Numbered from the stretch's first letter, positions 47,051 to 55,013 are shown. The stretch is DNA of 64,000 nucleotides from Bacteroidales bacterium (GCA_017965765.1 JAGCPJ010000074.1:2272-66271); one strand, 5' to 3'. A program made the numbers and translations. The notes: a model not told the origin generated them from the sequence alone.

Positions 47051-48457
47051 CTATTCTTTTTGTTGTTCTTTGAGGTATTGCATCACTGCGCTGGACCTGC
47101 GGGTGGGAATGCTGTCTTTCAAGGCGGGAAGGAAGATGTGGGGCGAATGGGTCACCACATACTCAGCTTCGTGGACCACCGTGGTGTCAAGGGGAATCTG
47201 ATACTCTTCCGCACGCCGTTGCAAGGCCGCTAACCACGCCTTGTTTTGCTTGATGTTTTCAACCAGATCTGTTTTGATTTGCCGTAGTTCCTCATCGTCG
47301 TAACACAGTCTCGGCAACAGTCGGGTGGAGAAGCCGTTGCTCATCTTGTAGAGTTGCGTCGTGCTGTAGGCGAGCATCACAAAGTCGGCATCCAGCACTT
47401 CTTTGACGAGGTCGAGTTCGGAGGTGTTGTGGTAGGGCTCTTCAAAATAGACGGTGCTGTTGTAGTACCAGTAGGGTGTTGCGCCGAAGATTTCCTTGAA
47501 CGGGGTGTGGTTGAGGATGTTCCAGTAGAAGGAGTCGCCAATGGTGATGAGGACGGGACGCTTGGCCGTGGGGTCTTCAATCACCTCGGTCTTGGCAAAA
47601 TAGTTCGGTGCGGTCTTCAAAGGCCGGATGAGGTTCATCAGTTGCTCCAAGTCGTTGTCGGGATCCACCGTCTGGACATATTTCTCTCCGATGCTGAAAT
47701 TCAACAGGTTGACATGGCCCAATGCCTCCATGTAGCGTACCAGGCTGTCGGCGACATACATGGCGGCCAGGTTGCTCCAGTGGGTTCCGGTCTGGGGAAA
47801 GAGCGGGAAGTCAGCGGTGTCTTTCATCTGGAGGAACCACTGTCCTACATCGATGTAGTTGACGCCCATTTCGGAGAACTTCTTGCCGTAGTAGTCGTAT
47901 GCGGTGATCTCTTTTTCACGGAAGTATTTCGTGTTTTCAGGCAGGTGTTCCGGATAGATGGCTTCCTTCCCGGGCAGCAGCAGCACAAAGAGATGGGTGC
48001 CGTAGGCTTCCAGGATATGTTGGATCTGGTAAAGCATGAGCGCTTCGGTGTCGAACTGTTTGGCCATGTCGATTGCATCTTTCGAATAGCGATGGGCATT
48101 GCCTTGGTAATATTCTTCCACACTCATCGCCTCGTAGTACCATTGGTCGTCGCTGATGTAGATGCCTTTGTTTTTCAGGTTCGAGTAGTGGAACAGGTCC
48201 CATTGGGTCTGATTGTATAGCCTGGTCAGCGGTTCCCGGAAACCGTAATGGTTCTGGAGATGGCGCTCCACGCCTTGCTGAAAACGTTGGTTTTTCCAAT
48301 GCTCGTACGTCAATGTCGGGATAGGCTGCTCAGCGACGACACCTTTCAAGCTGCGAAACTTGATGATGTGGAGTTGCTGCAAGGGCAAGGCGATCACCAC
48401 CACGGCGGTGAGGATGAATAATATGCGTTTGGTACGTGTATTCATGCGCTTTATCAT
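47051..48457 (-). CDS. AlgJ/AlgX-like permuted-SGNH protein (type B), first gene of the array
   Basis: 468 aa. The AlgJ-like N-region is LQNHYGFREPLTRLYNQTQW, with TGTHW and TIGDSFYW. The C-terminal module is NKAWLAALQRRAEEYQIPLDTTVVHEAEYV. An alternative start at 48445 (MNTRTKRILF) is suggested by the promoter box at 48459-48466. Confidence 0.65.
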   Translation of the reverse strand: MIKRMNTRTKRILFILTAVVVIALPLQQLHIIKFRSLKGVVAEQPIPTLTYEHWKNQRFQQGVERHLQNHYGFREPLTRLYNQTQWDLFHYSNLKNKGIYISDDQWYYEAMSVEEYYQGNAHRYSKDAIDMAKQFDTEALMLYQIQHILEAYGTHLFVLLLPGKEAIYPEHLPENTKYFREKEITAYDYYGKKFSEMGVNYIDVGQWFLQMKDTADFPLFPQTGTHWSNLAAMYVADSLVRYMEALGHVNLLNFSIGEKYVQTVDPDNDLEQLMNLIRPLKTAPNYFAKTEVIEDPTAKRPVLITIGDSFYWNILNHTPFKEIFGATPYWYYNSTVYFEEPYHNTSELDLVKEVLDADFVMLAYSTTQLYKMSNGFSTRLLPRLCYDDEELRQIKTDLVENIKQNKAWLAALQRRAEEYQIPLDTTVVHEAEYVVTHSPHIFLPALKDSIPTRRSSAVMQYLKEQQKE

Positions 48458-48458
48458 G

Positions 48459-48466
48459 CAAAAATA
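48459..48466 (-). promoter_or_regulatory. -7 box TAnnTTTG (TATTTTTG) for the MBOAT/AlgJ array
   Basis: The plus strand reads caaaaata, in the divergent 52-nt spacer shared with the U32 peptidase gene. Confidence 0.45.
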
Positions 48467-48497
48467 GAAAATAATCTTACGAAACGTTTAAAAACCG

Positions 48498-48505
48498 TAC
48501 CTTTG
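48498..48505 (+). promoter_or_regulatory. -7 box TAnnTTTG (TACCTTTG)
   Basis: It lies immediately upstream of the ATG at 48510/48516, implying a very short leader or leaderless transcript. Confidence 0.4.
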
Positions 48506-48509
48506 CTTC

Positions 48510-50264
48510 ATGAAAATGACTCAGATAGAACTACTTTCCCCGGCCAAGAACCTTGAAGTGGGTCTGGCTGCCATTGACCATGGTGCCGATGCGGTGTATA
48601 TCGGGGGTCCCGCCTTCGGCGCTCGCGAAAAGGCGGGAAACAGCATCGAGGATATCGAAAAGCTTTGCCAGCACGCACATTTGTTCAATGCCAAGGTCTA
48701 TGTCACCTTGAACACGTTGTTGTATGAGCGAGAGTATGAGCCTGCCCGTCAGCTGGCATGGGATTGCTGGAATGCGGGCGTGGATGCCCTCATCGTCCAG
48801 GACTTGAATCTGCTGAATCTCGACCTGCCGCCCATCCCTCTTCATGCCAGCACCCAATGCGACAACCTCACCGTGGAACGGGTAAAGGAGTTGGAACAGC
48901 TTGGTTTTGAGCAAGTTGTTCTTGGCCGCGAACTGACCATCGATCAGATACGGGAGATCCGAAACCAGACCACGGTACCGCTGGAGTTCTTCGTCCACGG
49001 TTCCTTGTGTGTCAGCCATAGCGGCCAGTGTTACCTGAGTGAGTACATTGGCAACCGCTCCGCCAACCGTGGGGCTTGTGCCCAGCCTTGTCGCCTTCCT
49101 TGGGACCTGCTTGGAGTTAGGAGTGAGGAGTTAGGAGTGAGGAGTAAGGACAATTGGATAACAATAATCAAAGGCAAGCACCTGCTTTGCTTGAAAGACC
49201 TGAACAACAGTGCGCATCTGGAAGAGCTGCTGGATGCGGGGATCACCAGTTTCAAGATCGAAGGTCGGCTGAAGGAAGCCGACTATGTGAAGAATATCAC
49301 TGCCTATTACCGCCAGCAGCTGGATGCCATCTTTGCGCGCAGGCCTGAATATGGACAGGCCTCGTGGGGGCATTGTACTTATGACTTTGAAGTCAATCCC
49401 GAGAAGTCTTTCAACCGTGGGTTCACGGATTATTTCATCCATGGGAGACAGCCCAACATTGGGTCGCCCGATACTCCCAAATCGATGGGCGAGTACCTCG
49501 GGGAGGTGAAATGGTGCAACTCGGTTCAGATGGAAATCCCCACCGATAAAGTGATGCATAATGGTGATGGGCTTTGTTTCCTGAAGGATGGGGAGCTGAT
49601 CGGTATTCGTGCCGATGTGGTCAATGGCCACAAGGTGTCGTGCAACCGTCCTCATGGCGCCTACCGTGGTGCGAGAATCTATCGCAACTACGACATTGAA
49701 TGGCAACGTCAGGTCGAGGCTTCCAAGGGCAATCGCAAGATCGACTTGGAGTTGGCGTTGGAAGAAACCGAGGAAGGGTTCGAGTTGAACGGAAAACGGA
49801 GAACGGATAACGGAGAATTTTCCGTTTTCCGTGTTCCGTTTTCAGTTTCCAAGATTCCCGCAACTAATCCTGAAAAGGCTACCGAGAACATCCGTAAGAA
49901 GTTGATGCAGTGGGGCGACACGATCTATCAGCCTGTCAGCTTGGAGCTTCGCTTCTCCCAGCCTTACCTGATTCCGGCTTCTGTGTTGGGTGAGATGAAA
50001 CGTGGGCTGGTGGAGAAACTCAAGGGGGAGTGGAAAACGGAAAACGGAGAACGGAAAACTAGCCATGGACAGGAACCATTTTCCGTTCTCCGTGCTCCAC
50101 TTTCCGTTCTCATGACTTGTCACCATTGCATCCGTTATGCCAACGGGATGTGCTTGAAAACGCACCCTGCCTACACGGGACCATTGTTCATCCGCAACGG
50201 CGAGAACACCTTCCGTCTGGAGTTTGATTGCAAGCAATGTATCATGAAAATATATTCGGAATAA
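48510..50264 (+). CDS. peptidase U32 family protein
   Basis: 584 aa. EFFVHGSLCVSHSGQCYLS matches the U32 signature E-x-F-x2-G-[SA]-[LIVM]-C-x4-G-x-C-x-[LIVM]-S. It carries three in-frame heptamer-repeat insertions. Confidence 0.8.
   Translation: MKMTQIELLSPAKNLEVGLAAIDHGADAVYIGGPAFGAREKAGNSIEDIEKLCQHAHLFNAKVYVTLNTLLYEREYEPARQLAWDCWNAGVDALIVQDLNLLNLDLPPIPLHASTQCDNLTVERVKELEQLGFEQVVLGRELTIDQIREIRNQTTVPLEFFVHGSLCVSHSGQCYLSEYIGNRSANRGACAQPCRLPWDLLGVRSEELGVRSKDNWITIIKGKHLLCLKDLNNSAHLEELLDAGITSFKIEGRLKEADYVKNITAYYRQQLDAIFARRPEYGQASWGHCTYDFEVNPEKSFNRGFTDYFIHGRQPNIGSPDTPKSMGEYLGEVKWCNSVQMEIPTDKVMHNGDGLCFLKDGELIGIRADVVNGHKVSCNRPHGAYRGARIYRNYDIEWQRQVEASKGNRKIDLELALEETEEGFELNGKRRTDNGEFSVFRVPFSVSKIPATNPEKATENIRKKLMQWGDTIYQPVSLELRFSQPYLIPASVLGEMKRGLVEKLKGEWKTENGERKTSHGQEPFSVLRAPLSVLMTCHHCIRYANGMCLKTHPAYTGPLFIRNGENTFRLEFDCKQCIMKIYSE
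49113..49149 (+). repeat. heptamer array GGAGTTA/GGAGTGA x5.3 inside CDS
   Basis: ggagtta ggagtga ggagtta ggagtga ggagtaa gg. It encodes GVRSEELGVRSKD. Confidence 0.9.
49787..49850. repeat. GGARAAC heptamer palindromic element inside CDS
   Basis: gaacggaaaacggagaacggataacggagaa|ttttccgttttccgtgttccgttttcagtttcc. It encodes NGKRRTDNGEFSVFRVPFSVS. Confidence 0.95.
50030..50111. repeat. GGARAAC heptamer palindromic element with 20-nt loop, inside CDS
   Basis: The left arm is gtggaaaacggaaaacggagaacggaaaa. The loop is ctagccatggacaggaacca. The right arm is ttttccgttctccgtgctccactttccgttctc. It encodes WKTENGERKTSHGQEPFSVLRAPLSVL. Confidence 0.95.
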
Positions 50265-50332
50265 ATAGGGTATTTATTCGGTATTTACCGAACGAGCTGC
50301 GAACAAATTACGAAATAAATCTATAAAATACT

Positions 50333-52129
50333 ATGAATCTCTGGCAACTTTTTAGGAACGTAAAGCCTTTTGTCAAACCGTACAAATGGTTGGTGTTCGT
50401 TACTTTGGTCCTGACGTTGATCGGCTCCCTCATGGCCCAGGTCAACGCCATTGTGTTGGACTGGACCGTCGATCAGGTGAACGGCTTGGTTACCAACGGT
50501 GTGGATTGGGGTGCCCAGGCCATACGCATCATCACCATCATCTCCATTGTCCTCTTGGGAAAAGAAATCCTTTCGGCAGGCATCACTTTCGCACAGAACT
50601 ATTTCGGTGAACGGATGCGTATCTTTGTCAGCCGCGACCTCGCCCAAAGTGTCATCGAGAAGGTGCTTACCTTCAAGATGGCGTTTTTCAATTCAGGAGA
50701 CAATGCCACGGGCAAACTTCAGGCGCGTATCGACCAGGGCGTGAGTAGCCTCTCGCGCACAGTGCAGAACTTCTTCATCGACCTCTTGCCGCTGTTTACC
50801 AGCGCCTTGTTGGCTCTGATCCTGATGTTTATCGCCAACGTCTATGTGGGACTGGTGGCTTTGGGTATCGTGCCGATCTATTTTTGGATCACCTACCGCC
50901 AGGCACGTCGCCTCAAAGGTTGGCGCCGCGAGATGCGTTCCCATCTGGAGACCAAAAGCCAGGGCATCAAGAATATCATAGATTCCATCAACGTCATCAA
51001 GAGCTTCAACCGTGAGCAAATCGAGGGACAGAAACAGCTCGACATCCAGAACCAAGTCACGGAAAACCAGATGAAGACCCGTAAGGTGGCCTTTTATTAC
51101 AACGGCATCAAGAGCTTCGTGAAGCAGGTGGGTACGGTCCTGGTGATCATCCTCACCGCCTATTTGGTCTTGAAAGGCTATCCCGGCATGACCATCGGCA
51201 AGATCATGTACCACGTGATGCTGTTCAGCAATGTCATCGCCCCCATCACCCAGCTGCAACGCATCTTCGACGATGTCAACGATGCCCTGATCTACGCCGA
51301 GGGCTTCTTCGGCATCCTCGATTCGGAAAAGGATATCGAGCCTTCAGGGAGCTATAAACCCGAGAAGATCCATGGTCGCTTCGAGATGAAGCATGTGGAT
51401 TTCACCTACCCCAATGGCAACCAGGCTTTGTTCGACGTCAGCATGACCATCGAGCCAAACAAGATCACCGCCTTGGTGGGTCTGTCGGGCGCTGGCAAGA
51501 GTACCATTGTCAACCTGCTCGACAAGTTCTATGAACCCCAGGTGGGCACCATCACCCTTGATGGCATTGATTTGCGGGAGTACGACACCAAGTTCCTACG
51601 AGAGAACATCGGACTGGTGTTGCAGAAGAACCACATTTTCGACGGCACCATCGAGGAGAACATCCTTTATGGCAAACCCAACGCCACGCATGAGGAGGTG
51701 GTGGAAGCCGCCAAGAAGTCGTACATCTATGATCAGATCATGCAGCTGCCCAAGCAGTTCGAAAACAAGGCCTCCGACCTCTCGGGGGGACAGCAGCAGC
51801 GCATCGCCATTGCCCGTATGTTCCTCAAGAACCCGCCCATCATCTTCTTGGATGAGCCTACCGCCAGCCTCGATGCCATCGCCACGGAGCAGATCAAGAA
51901 CAGCTTGGACGCCATCAAAAAGGACCGTACGGTCATCATCATATCGCACAGCATCTCTCAGATCATCGATGCCGATCTCATCTACGCACTCCAGACCGGT
52001 CGCGTGGAAGAATCCGGCGACCCCGACGAGATCTACAAGAAAGGCGGCATCTACAAGGACATTATCGATGCCTCGGCCCGCAGCTTGAATATTGAGAAGA
52101 TCGCCCGGACGATTGGGGATGAGGGTTAA
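50333..52129 (+). CDS. ABC transporter, fused permease/ATP-binding exporter (MsbA-like)
   Basis: 598 aa with six N-terminal TM helices. Walker A GLSGAGKST, signature LSGGQQQR, Walker B IIFLDEPTASLD. Confidence 0.9.
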   Translation: MNLWQLFRNVKPFVKPYKWLVFVTLVLTLIGSLMAQVNAIVLDWTVDQVNGLVTNGVDWGAQAIRIITIISIVLLGKEILSAGITFAQNYFGERMRIFVSRDLAQSVIEKVLTFKMAFFNSGDNATGKLQARIDQGVSSLSRTVQNFFIDLLPLFTSALLALILMFIANVYVGLVALGIVPIYFWITYRQARRLKGWRREMRSHLETKSQGIKNIIDSINVIKSFNREQIEGQKQLDIQNQVTENQMKTRKVAFYYNGIKSFVKQVGTVLVIILTAYLVLKGYPGMTIGKIMYHVMLFSNVIAPITQLQRIFDDVNDALIYAEGFFGILDSEKDIEPSGSYKPEKIHGRFEMKHVDFTYPNGNQALFDVSMTIEPNKITALVGLSGAGKSTIVNLLDKFYEPQVGTITLDGIDLREYDTKFLRENIGLVLQKNHIFDGTIEENILYGKPNATHEEVVEAAKKSYIYDQIMQLPKQFENKASDLSGGQQQRIAIARMFLKNPPIIFLDEPTASLDAIATEQIKNSLDAIKKDRTVIIISHSISQIIDADLIYALQTGRVEESGDPDEIYKKGGIYKDIIDASARSLNIEKIARTIGDEG

Positions 52130-52548
52130 GGATGAATAAGCTTCAGCATCGTGTCGCACCGGTTGATGATGTCGTTGGCGAGGCGGATGCCGTCCATACA
52201 GGTAGCTTTGCTTAGGTTTCCATCGTAACCCATGGTGATATGGGCGGTGTTATATTCGGCGCTTACCATGGTTAGTAGTTTTTTATCGCGTTTCGCAATT
52301 TCAGCATAATAGATCTTGATGTCAGGGTGAAGTTGTCCTTGGCTTTTCACTTCAAACACAGCGTCTAGGATGAGCAGTACTGCGCTCCACAGGTAATGTC
52401 CGGCGGCTTTTACGTATTTTGAATCGCCATAGCAGCCTGTTTCGGGATCGAACCTGCCTTTTTCGGACAAGATCGTTTTGGCATTTTCCACGTAGCGGCG
52501 GGCTTCGTTAACAGGATCCACTACGATTTCAATAACGGGGTCTTTCAT
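52126..52548 (-). CDS. small helical protein, DUF5618-like (from memory), paralog 1
   Basis: 140 aa. The N-terminus MKDPVIEIVVDPVNEARRYVENAKTIL is shared with the ORF at 52733..53146. Confidence 0.55.
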   Translation of the reverse strand: MKDPVIEIVVDPVNEARRYVENAKTILSEKGRFDPETGCYGDSKYVKAAGHYLWSAVLLILDAVFEVKSQGQLHPDIKIYYAEIAKRDKKLLTMVSAEYNTAHITMGYDGNLSKATCMDGIRLANDIINRCDTMLKLIHP

Positions 52549-52573
52549 GACGGGTTGGTTTTATGTTTACTAG

Positions 52574-52646
52574 CAGGAGCAGAAGGGTTCGAACCTCCGA
52601 CCTTCGGTTTTGGAGACCGACATTCTACCAACTGAACTATGCTCCA
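52574..52646 (-). tRNA. tRNA-Trp (anticodon CCA)
   Basis: The cloverleaf was folded by hand. The D arm is GTTC/GAAT with loop AGTTGGTA. The anticodon arm is TCGGT-CTCCAAA-ACCGA. The T arm is GGAGG-TTCGAAC-CCTTC. The discriminator is G and no CCA is encoded. Positions 1 and 72 are both U. Confidence 0.85.
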
Positions 52647-52654
52647 ATAAGTTG

Positions 52655-52727
52655 TGGAACCTCGTGGATTCGAACCACGTTCTCAGGATTTTCAGTCCTG
52701 CGCATACACCAAGTCTGCCAAGGTTCC
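52655..52727 (-). tRNA. tRNA-Phe (anticodon GAA)
   Basis: The acceptor stem GGAACCT/AGGTTCC is perfect. The anticodon arm is CAGGA-CTGAAAA-TCCTG. The T arm is CGTGG-TTCGAAT-CCACG. The discriminator is A and no CCA is encoded. Confidence 0.88.
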
Positions 52728-52732
52728 AAGTG

Positions 52733-53146
52733 TTATTTCAACATTCTTGAGCACCGATCAATGATGTCGTTGGCGAGGCGCAACCCCGCTCCACTGACGG
52801 TTTTTTCCTGGTTTCCGTCATATCCCATATAAACATGGATGGTTTCGTAGGCCGTATTGAACAAGGCGAGTAGCTTTTTGTCGCGTTTCGCCACCTCATC
52901 CCGATAGTCGATGACATCGGGATGTAGCCGTCCGACGCTTTTCACATGGAACACGGCGTCAAGGATGAGCAGCACCCCGTTCCAAAGGGTGTTGCCAGCC
53001 ATCCGTACGTATTTGCGGTCCTGATAGAGTTGTGTCTCATAGTCGAGATTTCCATGTTCTTTCAAGATGGTTTGGGCGTTCTCCACGTAGCGGCGGGCTT
53101 CGTTAACAGGATCCACTACGATTTCAATGACTGGGTCTTTCATCAC
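52733..53146 (-). CDS. small helical protein, DUF5618-like, paralog 2
   Basis: 137 aa and a paralog of 52126..52548. Its stop codon is 5 nt from the tRNA-Phe 5' end. Confidence 0.55.
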   Translation of the reverse strand: MMKDPVIEIVVDPVNEARRYVENAQTILKEHGNLDYETQLYQDRKYVRMAGNTLWNGVLLILDAVFHVKSVGRLHPDVIDYRDEVAKRDKKLLALFNTAYETIHVYMGYDGNQEKTVSGAGLRLANDIIDRCSRMLK

Positions 53147-53190
53147 GGGTTTGTATTAATCTATTAATTCATTACGTTATAAATCTGCTG

Positions 53191-53198
53191 CAAAAATA
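53191..53198 (-). promoter_or_regulatory. -7 box TAnnTTTG (TATTTTTG)
   Basis: The plus strand reads caaaaata. It lies 45 nt upstream of the ATG at 53146 and sits in the loop of the inverted repeat aaatctgct/agcagattt. Confidence 0.4.
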
Positions 53199-53291
53199 AG
53201 CAGATTTTTTCATTTGTCAAGTATTTTGACAAAAAAATTCTATGATGTTGTGGTTGTTGATAAAGTTGTATAAACCGACAGGATTATTGAA

Positions 53292-53326
53292 GAATTCTTA
53301 CTTCTTACTTCTGTCTCCTGTCTTCT
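53292..53326 (-). repeat. heptamer array (minus-strand AGAAGAC AGGAGAC AGAAGTA AGAAGTA AGAATTC)
   Basis: The plus strand reads gaattct tacttct tacttct gtctcct gtcttct. It begins 9 nt downstream of the carboxyltransferase stop. Confidence 0.8.
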
Positions 53327-53334
53327 ACAAAAAC

Positions 53335-54942
53335 TTACATCCTGAACACCCCGAACTGCTGCTGCGGGAAGGGCTGGTTCAAGGAAGCGGCAATGCCTAA
53401 CGCCAAGATCTTGCGGGTGTCAACAGGATCGATGATGCCGTCGTCCCACAAACGGGCGGTGCTGTAGAAAGCAGAGCCTTCGTAGTCGTACTTCGCCAAG
53501 ATCTCTTTCTTCAGCTGGGCGATCTCATCTTTTGGGACTTCCAAGCCTTTGTATTTGTACTGGTCCTCCTTCACGGTGGCCAACACACTGGCAGCCTGCT
53601 CGCCGCCCATGACGGAGATCTTCGCGTTGGGCCACATGAACAACAAGCGAGGACTGTAGGCACGACCGGCCATGCCATAGTTACCGGCGCCAAAGGAACC
53701 TCCAAAGATGACCGTGAACTTGGGCACATTGGCATTGCTCACGGCATGTACCATCTTGGCACCGTCCTTGGCGATACCACCTTGCTCGTACTGCTTGCCG
53801 ACCATGAAACCGGTGATGTTCTGCAAGAACACCAAGGGGATGTTGCGTTGACAGCACAACTCGATGAAGTGGGTGGCCTTCAAGGCGGATTCGGAGAACA
53901 ACACGCCGTAGTTGGCAAGGATACCCACGGGGAAGCCCATCAGGTGGGCGAAGCCGCAGACCAGGGTGGTGGCATAGCGCGACTTGAACTCTTGAAAACG
54001 GCTGCCATCCACAATGCGGGCGATGATTTCCCGAGGGTCGGTCAGCTTGTGGAAATCGATGGGAGCCAGGCCATAGAGTTCTCGAGGATCATAAAGGGGT
54101 GCCTCCACGGGCAAGATGTCGAGTTTCTGGCGATGGCTCTTCTCCAAAGTCTTGAAGATGTTGCGGCAGATCTGCAAGGCGTGCTGGTCGTTCTCAGCCA
54201 AGTGGTCGGCCACACCCGAAATGGAAGTGTGCATCTCGCCGCCGCCGAGTTCTTCTGCCGTGACCACCTCGCCAGTAGCCGCTTTCACCAACGGCGGGCC
54301 GCCGAGATAAATCGTGCCTTGGTTGCGCACGATGATGGTCTCGTCGCTCATGGCGGGCACGTAGGCGCCACCCGCAGTACACATGCCCATCACGATGGCG
54401 ATCTGAGGGATGCCCATGGCCGACATGCGAGCCTGGTTGTAGAAGAAACGCCCGAAATGGTCGCGGTCAGGAAATACCGTGTCCTGCTCGGGAAGGAAAG
54501 CACCACCGCTATCGACCATATAGACGCAGGGGAGGTGGTTCTCCATGGCAATCTCTTGGGCACGAAGATGCTTCTTTACCGTGTATTGCATGTAGGTGCC
54601 GCCCTTCACTGTGGCGTCGTTGGCCACGATGACGGCCTCACGACCCTTGATCACACCGATGCCTGTGACGATGCCTGCCGACGGGAAGTCGTTGTTGTAG
54701 GTGCCGTAGGCGGCCATCGGAGAGAGCTCCAAAAAGGGCGTGTTCGGGTCGATGAGTAAATCGATCCGCTCGCGAGCCAGTAGCTTGTTGCGTTTCTTGT
54801 GCTTGGCCACGGCACTCTCGCCGCCACCCTGCATGGAGGCAGCCATTGCTTCACGGTACTGAGCCATCAGCTCCAAAAAGTTTTTCTCGTTCTGCTTGAA
54901 CTCAGGCGAGTCGGTCTTTATGCTCGATTTCAGGACTTGCAT
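53335..54942 (-). CDS. acyl-CoA carboxylase carboxyltransferase (beta) subunit, methylcrotonoyl/propionyl-CoA type
   Basis: 535 aa with the two-domain carboxyltransferase pattern. Blocks include [62 protein letters not shown] and [15 protein letters not shown]. Confidence 0.85.
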   Translation of the reverse strand: MQVLKSSIKTDSPEFKQNEKNFLELMAQYREAMAASMQGGGESAVAKHKKRNKLLARERIDLLIDPNTPFLELSPMAAYGTYNNDFPSAGIVTGIGVIKGREAVIVANDATVKGGTYMQYTVKKHLRAQEIAMENHLPCVYMVDSGGAFLPEQDTVFPDRDHFGRFFYNQARMSAMGIPQIAIVMGMCTAGGAYVPAMSDETIIVRNQGTIYLGGPPLVKAATGEVVTAEELGGGEMHTSISGVADHLAENDQHALQICRNIFKTLEKSHRQKLDILPVEAPLYDPRELYGLAPIDFHKLTDPREIIARIVDGSRFQEFKSRYATTLVCGFAHLMGFPVGILANYGVLFSESALKATHFIELCCQRNIPLVFLQNITGFMVGKQYEQGGIAKDGAKMVHAVSNANVPKFTVIFGGSFGAGNYGMAGRAYSPRLLFMWPNAKISVMGGEQAASVLATVKEDQYKYKGLEVPKDEIAQLKKEILAKYDYEGSAFYSTARLWDDGIIDPVDTRKILALGIAASLNQPFPQQQFGVFRM

Positions 54943-54986
54943 AGCGCATTGTTTCTAAGAAATCACAAAAATAAGAAAAAAAAGCA

Positions 54987-54994
54987 TATTTTTG
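54987..54994 (+). promoter_or_regulatory. -7 box TAnnTTTG (TATTTTTG)
   Basis: tatttttgcac lies 20 nt upstream of the ATG at 55014. Confidence 0.5.
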
Positions 54995-55013
54995 CACTTT
55001 CAAAACAGAATTC

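Noticed and set aside
33114-48457. Calling the array an alginate (alg) or D-alanylation (dlt) operon
   Set aside because: No alg8/alg44/algK/E/G/L/F, no dltA/dltC and no cellulose synthase genes are in or near the array. Only the MBOAT and AlgJ-like components are present, so gene symbols algI/algJ were not assigned.
52126-52129. Convergent ABC transporter and small ORF sharing overlapping stop codons in TTAA
   Set aside because: This is a real but trivial consequence of tight packing, with no further signal.
52126-53334. tRNA-adjacent genomic island or integrated element
   Set aside because: No integrase, no direct repeat of a tRNA 3' end and no foreign-looking cargo are present. The flanking genes are small paralogs and housekeeping genes.
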